DNA of 64,000 nt from Felis catus. Its lineage: Eukaryota. A model generated the notes under the pieces. The model saw only the letters and a program-made list of their open reading frames with translations. It had not been told where the DNA came from and did not search any database. Shown piece by piece: positions 50,465 to 60,562 of the stretch. The stretch covers positions 155,560,001 through 155,624,000 of the forward strand of contig NC_058368.1 in NCBI RefSeq assembly GCF_018350175.1, in the 5' to 3' direction. The translations under genes and the position numbers were made by a program. Within the stretch, counting starts at the first letter, position 1; each line of letters opens with the position of its first letter.

Positions 50465-53400
50465 AAAACATTTTTGTCAGGGGCCCAAAACATCCAGTTA
50501 TCTGCTGTCTGGCTTCATTTATCCCATAGTATTATATGTGGCTACAAAACTTACTGAAATCTTCCTTTTGGGTGGCTCTTAAGTTAATGAATTTAAGTTA
50601 TTTGTTAATGAGACCATGCCATTTATTTATTTACCACGAGGCCAAGTTTACCCAAAAAGAGCTGGTCATGTGGCCCAATGGGTGCTAACCAGGGCCTCAG
50701 AAACTGTGAAAGGCCCATGATGCTCTCCTCTCCAAGTCCACTTCTTTACATGTAGTTTTTAAGCTTACTGTAAACACAACATGAACTATACTGTGTAATA
50801 TAAGCATGTGGCATATTCATGTTATTTATGAAGAACTGACCTTAGATTAAAAAAAAAAAAAATAGTTCACCTTTAGTCCAAACCTTCCCCTCCCACTCCA
50901 TTTTAATTCCACACAGAGTGACTGATTATAATGTGTGTCACTGGGGAGCATTAAGATTCTACCCTTCAGAATTTTTTCAAGGGATGAAATTTCAGGTAAA
51001 TTTGCTGGTATAGAGTTCAAGAATATGGGGTATGGCTTATGGCTCCATATACTCTCTTGGTCACCTGCATTTCCTGTGCAGGAGGATACTTCTAGTGGAC
51101 TTTTCCCAGCAAATAAGACTTTGAGGAGATGGCCCTGATAAGTACATTAGTCAGTCTTTATGGTCCTCTACCCCATTAGTCACATCACTACCCTAGAGTT
51201 ACACCAATGACAGACAGTAAAATCATCTTACATGTTAATTTCCCATATGACACATCAGATTCTTACATCAAGAGCTACTGTTTTAAATCAAAAAGTTAGG
51301 TTCTTGATCATGTAACCACAATATTCCACTTAACTATAAAGAAATTCCATTATTCCCCTAATGAATTTTTACTATCTATAAAAAAGCGAACCGAGAGGAT
51401 TTTACTCTACTTATATGAATATTGCAACCACCTTTGTTTACTTTGAAAATGAAAGAATGAGAGTATAGGAATATACTTGTATTACTAAATATATATGTAT
51501 AATCAGAAGAGGATTTCAGAGAAAAGGACAAACGTGAGGACAGCCAAAAGTTAAACGTAGTACACCAATGTTCAGCACTTACAGATAAAACTTAAGCAAA
51601 AACTGTACCTTAAAAATTGTTTTAAAGCACCCTTAAATCTCTTTACTAACTTAAAATTTATCACGAATACATAACTGCATTCTGCTGCAATCCCCTTAAG
51701 TCATCTTGTTAAATTTTGTCACAACATGTGTTACTGTAGTTCTACACTTTTACCTTTGCACTTTGTAGTGGGTAGCAGAGCAACATAATTAACCACTGCT
51801 AGGTAGTGTTTACGTTAGTTCTCAAAAGGTTAAGAAGCTGATTATAGCTAAAATCAGCTTTGCCTGAGGCTTCAGGGGCTCTGTGTAATCAAATTAGACA
51901 AGCAGGGCACAGTGTCACCTAACACAAACCAGTGGTACTTTCTTCTTTGCTCTGACCCCTTTCCCCCTTTTTATTAGGGGAACAACTCATGCTTTGTGCA
52001 TTTTCCAGATAATTTAAAAAGACTTGTTTCTAATAAATTTGGCATGCAATCTCATAAGATGTCCACCTGTTTATAAGTAATGAGAACAAGTAGGGCAAAT
52101 AAAAAAATATGTTGATAAAAATGTTGATAAAAGAAAACTAAATTTGGAGAGATTAAGATGTTATACACAAAGTATTTCCTTAAAAGGCAGGGGACAACAT
52201 GATCGTGTGTACATGATATTAAGGATGTTTCCTAGCTTTCGATAGGCTGCCAGCTTTGGTCTACAGAAAACCACACAATGGTTTATCCGCTTCCAAGAGA
52301 ACTCAGAGAACTTTATAAACCTGATAGATAATGCATTTGCATTTCTAAGAAACCATGGCTAACCCACTCTGCTGAGTTATTGCTCATCCTCTCTCCAGCT
52401 CTACTCTTTGACGTCAGGCAAGGTGAACTGTATAATGGACACATTTAAAGAGGGGGTTTATGAAGGTGAGGAGAAGAGCAAATGAGCCCTACAGACTCCC
52501 TTTCCACACGGTTCTATATTTAAATGCGGTAAGACGTATTAGACAAATCCAAATCCTTGCCGCCTTGGAGCCTAAAGGGAACAAAAGCATGAACACTAAA
52601 GAGATATTCAGAAAGAGAAGGAATGGAGAATTTAAATAAAAATCTAGAATCTCATTTTTAACAAAATTTATGAATCATTATGAAAACAATAGGTAACATT
52701 TGTTACATCTTTATCTTCCTAGATTTGGCTTTGAACTTTTGGTTCAAATTCTACATATTTATTACTTTGCTTGAAATACACAAACCAAATAAATATAAAC
52801 ATCCTACGAATGAGCGATCAGGAGAAAATGAATTTTGCTAATGATTTATTCTGGGCAATAAAATAAAAACTTGTTATTTTAATTGATTAAGTCATAAAGA
52901 GTTCCTAGAGAAGTCAAATCTCACTATTTGCACAGTCAGACAATTTCTGCTAATCCAGCAGTACTTAACAAATTCACATGTGGTTAGCTTGTCTTGCCAT
53001 AGCTGTATATCACATTTCTGTGCTGCAAGCTGTGCAAAAAAAAAAATCAATATGCCAAGTTTAACAAAAGGACAGGAAACATGATGTTCTCCTATATTTT
53101 CAATGAACCTCAAATGACTCTGCTGTTCATACTCAGTGCAATTTATGGCAGAGAAATGTATTCTTCAATGAAAAAAAATCTACCATGGAATGAATTATAT
53201 AAATTCAGAGCTGAAGTTCTGCCGTATTCCATAATAACGATTTATTTAGAAGATTCTGACATTCTGATTCAACGTGCACAGTACAATCAGCCATTCATGC
53301 GGCGTTGTTGTTGTTTTTTTTTTATAAAGGCTAAAGTATATGCTTTAGACCAAAGAAATATATAGTATTTATGGCAATAGTTTGATATACGTATTTAATT

Positions 53401-53765
53401 TAGGTTTTGGAGACTTTTTCTGAATGTCTCCTTTCACATGTGAAACAGGATTGAGATGGTATCTATTGAACAAATGCTTTAAATTATAACACTAAGGAAA
53501 AAAAAATCCCAATGGATCCTGAGATACTTCACTGGTTAATTGATTCTAGATTTTTACGTCTTCTTTTACTACTGCAGAAGTACATTATGTGTGTAAGTAG
53601 ATTAGTATGAAAATGTTGAGAATGAAGTAGGAGTGGTCATGACCAATAGGTCAGCACAAAGCACTGCTTCTTCTGCCATCTCAACTCAGCGATGTGGAAC
53701 TAAGTGTGGCAAAACAACCGGGCAGTTGGATTTCAGCCAAAGGATTCAGAACTGTTGCCACAGTG

Positions 53766-53821
53766 TTTTTTTTCTTTCCTTTTTTTTCTCTTCCTCCCTC
53801 CCTCCCTCCTCTCTTTCTTTC

Positions 53822-53915
<94 letters not shown>

Positions 53916-53964
53916 TCCTTCCTTCCTTCCTTCCTTCCTTCCTTCCTTCCTTCCTTCCTTCCTT
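53766..53964. repeat. 199-nt pure pyrimidine compound microsatellite (TCCC)n(TTTC)n(TC)n(TTCC)n
   Basis: No purine on the + strand between 53766 and 53964. Confidence 0.97.
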
Positions 53965-54276
53965 GAATAAGAAGAGACTTGGCTTTAGGAATCATCAAAG
54001 GGCCACATACACAAGAAAACAAGAAAACTAGACAATTCACAAACGCATAGAAATTCACATATGGAAAATTCTTTGGCAATGTCTCTTCATTCCAAAAGTA
54101 AATGAATTAATGGCACTTAGCTGGGGAGAGCATGTCACTGATCAATACTGAAGGTATAAACTGTTATATAAAACACATTCAGAGAATTACACTTATTTCT
54201 AACTTTCTATTAATGTGTCAATTATAAGACAATTTTCATTCACAGATAAAAATACCATTTAGAAGACGATAGGCAT

Positions 54277-54485
54277 GGGGTGCCTGGGTGGCTTGGGAGG
54301 TTAAGTGTCCAACTCTTGATTTTGGCTCAGGTCATGATCTGATGGTTTTGTGGGTTTGAGCCCCATATTGGACACTGTGCTGACCATGTGGAGCTTGCTT
54401 GGAATTCTCCCTCTCTGCCCCTCTCCCACTCATACTCTTGGTCTCTCTCAAAATAAATAAATAAACTTAAAAAAATATATAAAAG
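54277..54485 (+). mobile_element. CanSINE
   Basis: TSD gataggcat at 54268-54276 and 54486-54494. Confidence 0.95.
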
Positions 54486-54822
54486 GATAGGCATAAAGTT
54501 CCCAACTAGAAAATAACAATATAATGATCTCAAGTGTTAAACAACATTAACGTTGCTATAAATGGTCATTTCAATATACAGTTGACCCTTGAACAATAGA
54601 GGGGTTAGGGGCACCGTTCCCCTGCATAGTTGAAAATCTGCATATAACTTTTGACCTCCCCAAAACTGAACTACTGATAGATAGCCTACTGCTGACTGGA
54701 AGTCTTACTGATAACATAAACAGTGATTGATATATACGGCATATGTTAAATGTATCACATACTGCATTCTTACAACATAATAAGCTAGAGAAAAGAAAAT
54801 GTTACTAAGAAAATCATAAGGA

Positions 54823-55029
54823 GGGCCACCTAGGTGGCTCAATCAATTAAACATCTGCCTTCTGATTTTGGCTCAGGACATGATTTCACAACTCATGTGT
54901 TTGAGCACCACATCAGGCTCTGTGCTGACAGTGTGGAGCCTGCTTGCGATTCTGTCTCTCCCTCTCTCTCTGCCCCTCTCCCTCTCCCTCTCCATCTCTC
55001 TCTCTCAAAAATAAATAAACATTAAAAAT
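54823..55029 (+). mobile_element. CanSINE nested in Tigger
   Basis: TSD aatcataagga at 54812-54822 and 55030-55040. Confidence 0.95.
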
Positions 55030-55068
55030 AATCATAAGGAAAAGGAAGTACATTTACAATTGTGTACT

Positions 55069-55280
55069 TTTTTTTAATGTTTTTTTTTTAAATTTTTTAT
55101 TTTGAGAGAGAGAGCTCGAGTGGGAGTGGGTGTGGGACAGCGAGAGTGGGGGACAGAAGATTTGAAGCAGGCTCTGTGCTGACAGCAGCAAGCCCAATGT
55201 GGGGCTCGAACCCACAAATTGTGAGATCATGGCCTGAGCTGAAGTTGGACGCTCAACTGACTGAGCCACCCAGGCACCCC
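55069..55280 (-). mobile_element. CanSINE nested in Tigger
   Basis: TSD a(a/g)ttgtgtact at 55058-55068 and 55281-55291. Confidence 0.95.
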
Positions 55281-57133
55281 AGTTGTGTACTGTTTTCATA
55301 AAAAAAAAATACTTGTATACACGTACCCAAGCTGTTCAAAACATATTGTTCAAGGATCAATTGTAATTCGTATTCTTATTTCAAAATAGAGGGTATAATA
55401 TGACTCAGAGTAGTGATGAGAAGTTTTTGTATGGATATTCAGGAAACCCAGAAAACTAGAGCTTGGGGAAGAAAATTACACCAGGGTGTACAAATCATAA
55501 TTTAACTGTGTATGCAAGTAGACTCTTTAAAGTCTGTAACCACAATTAATAGTCAAATATTATCCCCAGTTAGTAGTACGGTTCTAGTATATATATAAAA
55601 TCTACTCTAAGGAAATGAGAGAGCTAACATTTTTGGAAAGTATGAGAGTGAACATTTTTGGAAATTGCTTAATTATTTTAACAACAACAAAAAAATGGTA
55701 AATAAGAGGTAAACATTTTACTTCTGGGGAGTAAAAGTACCTTAACACGTTACTGAGTTTAGGCTTCAATGGTAATTCAAATTATTTTTCCACATTCTTC
55801 ATCTTTGTAGATTTTATATTTTCTAGCTTTTTCTGATCTCTAAAGGCTCTTTGGCAGTACCTTTTTCTTCTTCACTCGAAAACATCTATGCATTAATGAG
55901 ATTTCCCTATCACTTTATTGTTAATAAATGAAACCTATAGATTCACTTCTGATATAAATGCCTTGTCTCTGCTCTTCAGACAAACTGCTGGTTCTTTCTT
56001 GGAAGTCTTCATTTCTTTAAACTTCATTTCTTTTAACTCAAATGCAGGGGTCCACCTTCACCTTTCTCAGCACTACTTAATTTCTCCCACATCACTGGTA
56101 ACTTCACATTTTATCTGCCCACACAGGAGATTTCTCCATAGCTTTTATATACCTCAAAATGTCATAATCTTCACAAAATCATCATCAGTTTTCTACCATG
56201 GCTATTATCTACAGTGCAGAGTAAACCAGGTGTTGCAAGTGGAAACATCTGGTCTGTTTGAACTCTTAGGCTATGAAGTGTGAATTTAATTCACTCTGAA
56301 TTAAGCCTCTAGAAAGAGAACCTCAGAGCTAGAAAGGATCATGAAAATTATCTGCCTAACCATCTAATACTTAAAACGATGAGAGATCAGGACAATAACT
56401 GGCCCAAACGCACATATTGGTTTGCAACACTCATCATTCTCCACTCACATTGTGCTTTTTTAGTCCCTTGCAATTATTATGCTCCTCAAAGCAAAACTAG
56501 GGCAGAACCATCAACTAATAAATTTCCTTCAGATAACAAGGATCAACACATTCCTTATATTTCTACTGTTAAAACTTCAACGCACGTTTCCACCACATCT
56601 TAGTGGGACTCTGGACTTGTTCTTATGTATGCAAAGGCTATCTTGGCCGCAAGCTGCTGTGGACACACTACATCCTTCCTGACACTGCTTACTGAGTATC
56701 CTTCCTAAGTCAAATGGAACCTCCCAAAAAGTCCATCTACTACCTATCTCAAATAAAGTAAAATTTTAACTTCTCATTTTCCTATTTTGTTCTCTTCCTT
56801 TAAGTAATGCAGATATAAAATCCTTTGGTTTCTATTTTTAGCATGCTAAAAATCCATTTCAGTTACCACTTTTTTTTAAAAAAGCTCCCTTTCTCAATGC
56901 AGACTGGCGTAGCCACTCTTGAAAACAATAAGGAGGTTCCACAAAAAATTAAAAATAGAATTACCCTATGACCCAGCAATTGCACTACTAGAAATTTATC
57001 TAAAGGATACAAAAATGCTGATTCGAAGGGGCACATGAACCCCAATGTTTATAGCAGTGCTACCAACAATAGCCAAAGTATGGAAAGAGCCCAAATGTCC
57101 ACTGACTGATGAATGGGTAAAGAAGATGTGGTA

Positions 57134-58499
57134 TAATAAAAGTATGGCCAACTAATCTGACAAAGCAGGAAAGAATATCTAATGGAAAAAAGACAGTCAA
57201 TTTAACAAATGGTGCTGGGAGAACTGGACAGCAACATGCAGAAGAATGAAACTAGACCACTTTCTTACACCATTCACAAAAATAAACTCAAAATGGATAA
57301 AGGACCTGAATGTGAGACAGGAAACCATCAAAACCCTTGAGGAGAAAGCAGAAAAAAACCTCTCTGACTTCAGCTGCAGCAATTTCTTACTTGACACACC
57401 TCCAAAGGCAAGGGAATTAAAAGCAAAAATGAACTATTGGGACCTCATGAAGATAAAAAGCTTCTGCACCGCAAAGGAAATAATCAACAAAACTAAAAGG
57501 CAACCAATGGAATGGGAAAAGATATTTGCAAATGACATATCGGACAAAGGGCTAGTATCCAAAATCTATAAAGAACTCACCAAACTCCACACACGAAAAA
57601 CAAATAATCCAGTGAAGAAACGGGCTGAAAACATGAATAGACACTTCTCTAAAGAAGACATCCAGATGGCCAACAGGCACATGAAAAGATGCTCAACGTC
57701 GCTCCTCATCAGGGAAATACAAATTAAAACTACACTCAGATATCACCTCATGCCAGCCAGAGTGGCCAAAATGAACAAATCAGGAGACTATAGATGCTGG
57801 AGAGGATATGGAGAAACGGGAACCCTCTTGCACTGTTGGTGGGAATGCAAATTGGTGCAGCCTCTCTGGAAAGCAGTGTGGAGGTTGCTCAGAAAATTAA
57901 AAATAGACCTACTCTATGATCCAGCAATAGCACTGCTAGGAATTTACCTAAGGGATACAGGAGTGCTGATGCAGAGGGGCACTTGTACCCCAATGTTTAT
58001 AGCAGCACTCTCAACAATAGCCAAATGATGGAAAGAGCCTAAATGTCCATCCACTGATGAATGGATAAAGAAATTGTGGTTTATATACACAATGGAAAAC
58101 TACGTGGCAATGCGAAACAATGAAATATGGCCTTTTGCAGCAACGTGGATGGAATTGGAGAGTGTTATGCTAAGTGAAATAAGCCATACAGAGAAAGACA
58201 GATACCATATGTTTTCACTCTTATGTCGATCCTGAGAAACTTAACAGAAGACCATGGGGGAGGGGAAAGAAAAAAAAAAAAGGGTTAGAGAGGGAGGGAG
58301 TCAAACCATAAGAGACTCTTAAAAACTGAGAACAAACTGAGGGTTGATGGGGGGTGGGAGGGCAGGGAGGGTGGTGATGGGTATTGAGGAGGGCACCTTT
58401 GGGATGAGCACTGGGTGTTGTATGGAAACCAATCTGAGAATAAATTTCATATTAAAAAAATAAAACCAGCTGAACATAATGTAAATATTAACAACAAAA
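57134..58499 (+). mobile_element. Younger feline L1, 5'-truncated (about 1.37 kb), nested in the older L1
   Basis: Perfect 15-nt TSD aaagaagatgtggta at 57119-57133 and 58500-58514; little-decayed ORF2 C-terminus and feline-type 3'UTR. Confidence 0.95.
57246..58028 (+). pseudogene. ORF2: L1 ORF2p C-terminal fragment (260 aa; no EN or RT domain; Cys-rich motif mutated; premature TGA)
   Basis: [24 protein letters not shown]...[24 protein letters not shown]...[27 protein letters not shown] is L1 ORF2p; Y occupies the position of the usual C in CWRGC. Confidence 0.93.
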
Positions 58500-59208
58500 A
58501 AAGAAGATGTGGTACATATATACAATGGAATACTAATTGGCAATGAAAAAGAATGAAATCTTGCCATTTGCAACAATGTGGATGGAACTGAAGGGTATTC
58601 TGCTAACTGAAATAAGTCAGTCAGAGGAAGACAGATATCATGATTTCACTCATATGTGAAATTTGAGAAACTCAGCAGATGAACATAGGGGAAGGGAAGG
58701 AAAAATAAGATAAAAGGAGAGAAGGAGGCAAACCATAAGAGACTCTTATATACAGAGAACAAACTGAGGGTTGCTGGAGGGGTGGGTTAAATGGGTGATG
58801 GGCATTAAGAAGGGCACTGGTTGGGATGAGCACTGGGTGTCATATGTAAGAGATGAATCACTGGGTTCTACTCCTGAAGGCAAGACTACACTGTACGTTA
58901 ACTAACTTGAATATTAATAAAAATAAAAATAAATTAAAAAACTCCCTTTCTCATTATCCTTATGCTCACTTTTCCGGACATTTTAGAGTAGGTTCCTTTC
59001 TCTCCCAAACTTTAACACTAGTAGAGATATGCATTATTTTCCTTACCTAGTCAGGCCATCATGCCTTTTCCCTTTTAAATCTCTTTAAGATATCCATTTA
59101 TGAATCTTTCTTTATAAAATCTATCCAATTACTGGGCTGCAGTCCATAGCCACATGCTATTGCCATTACTTACTCTTCAAATTCATTTCCTCATATCTTT
59201 TAATTTTA

Positions 59209-59432
59209 TTTATTTTTAAAAAAATGTTTATTTGTTTTGAGAGTGAGAGAGTGAGAGAACATGCATGCACAAGCCAGGGGAGAGGCAGAGAGAGAGGGAG
59301 AGAGAGAATCCCAAACAGCCTCTGCATCGTCAGCACAGAGCCTGACAGGGGCTTGATCTCACAAACTGTGAGATCATGACCTGTTGAAATGCAGGGGTGG
59401 ACACTTAACTGAATAAGCCATTCAGGCGCCCC
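59209..59432 (-). mobile_element. CanSINE
   Basis: TSD tcatatc(t/c)tttaatttta at 59191-59208 and 59433-59450. Confidence 0.95.
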
Positions 59433-59451
59433 TCATATCCTTTAATTTTAG

Positions 59452-59660
59452 AAACACAGAACCCTAGGATTGAGATAGATATTAAAGATTATTTAATATA
59501 ATCTCTAACAAAAGTAAGAATTCCTCCTATCATATTAATGAAAAGTGGCTTTGAGCCTTTACTTGAATGCTTCAAAAGACAGAAGGCTCACTAGTTTATA
59601 ATGTGGCCCCTTCCGTGTCTGAAACAATCCAATCATTATAGTGAGCCTATTTAATTTCCA
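59452..59660 (-). mobile_element. possible L3/CR1 remnant
   Basis: agcctttacttgaatgcttcaaaagacagaaggctcactag resembles a reverse-complemented CR1/L3 3' region. Confidence 0.35.
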
Positions 59661-60352
59661 CAATCCACAATCAAAGCCTTTGTCATAAAGTATTCAGAAC
59701 ATTTTTTATGGTTCAGGGTTGAGAAAAGCTAAATCATTAAATCTCTGTGAGTTCCTTTGGTGCTATAGCTTCAAGATCTAGATGCTATCTGCTAGATTTC
59801 AAGAGCTGCAACTATTAGAAGAAAAACTGAAAATCTTCAGGGGACACTAGCTGTACAGTTCTCAAGAAACTGCCCGGTGTAATATTTTAGCAACTACTTG
59901 GTTATGAGTATGGGACGAGCTTGAACATTAAAGTTACTATTAATTAAAAATAATGAAAATGTTAATTTGCACATAATTGGAAAACTATATATCCATGTAT
60001 TTCTCTTACTAGAGAAAGCATGTTTTTCCAAAAATTATACTTTAGGCATTCTGATGGACAATCAATGCATTAGATTTCATTTCTTTTAAGTTCACTGATT
60101 TACAGGGCCAGCTACCAGACTCCCCTTTTAAGTTTTTATTTTGTGACGCCTAACTAAAGAGGAAAGTGCATACACAATCTTACCTACATGTGTATACTAT
60201 ACTTTTGAAATAAATATAATGAAGAACATAATGCAAACTAAGCCTAAGGTCCTGTGGTAAAAGGCATAATTCTGGGAAAAGTTGAATGAATAAATGAATG
60301 AACGAATGAATAAATAATAAATACGATCTACTCTTTAATGGTAAAATCTTGA

Positions 60353-60562
60353 GGGGCGCCTGGCTCAGGTTAAGCGTCGGCTCAGGTCATGATCTTCCGG
60401 TTTGTGAGTTCTAGCCCCGCGTCGGGCTCTGTGCTGACAGCTCAGAGCCTGGAGCCTGCCTCGGATTCCGTGTCTCCTTCTCTCTCTGTTCCTCCCCTGC
60501 TCATGCTCTGTCTCTCTCTCTCTCAAAAATAAATAAAGATTTTTAAAAAATTAAAAAAAAAA
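60353..60562 (+). mobile_element. Young CanSINE with three small deletions in the head
   Basis: TSD ggtaaaatcttga at 60340-60352 and 60563-60575. Confidence 0.96.

Larger units (their letters stand above)
54579..55363. mobile_element. Tigger2a-like non-autonomous Tc1/mariner (pogo) DNA transposon with two nested SINEs
   Basis: TIRs cagttgacccttgaacaa (54579-54596) and ttgttcaaggatcaattg (55346-55363), TA dinucleotide on both sides, internal aagctagagaaaagaaaatgtt. Confidence 0.9.
56897..58941 (+). mobile_element. Older carnivore L1 3' portion (pieces 56897-57133 and 58500-58941), split by a younger L1
   Basis: ORF2 end/3'UTR motifs; outer TSD ctccctttctca at 56885-56896 and 58942-58953. Confidence 0.92.

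Noticed and set aside
53633..54079. Four overlapping 88-132 aa low-complexity ORFs
   Set aside because: They are open only because the pyrimidine/purine microsatellite lacks stop codons.
55615..55665. Short direct repeats (aacatttttggaaa twice; also AT-rich tandem units at about 22693-22735 and 32050-32120) as a CRISPR-like array
   Set aside because: There are only two or three degenerate units without unique spacers. These are ordinary local tandem duplications in a mammalian genome.
57246..58028. Longest ORF (260 aa) as a possible host gene or active retrotransposon
   Set aside because: It is a 5'-truncated L1 ORF2 tail without EN, RT or promoter, with a premature stop.
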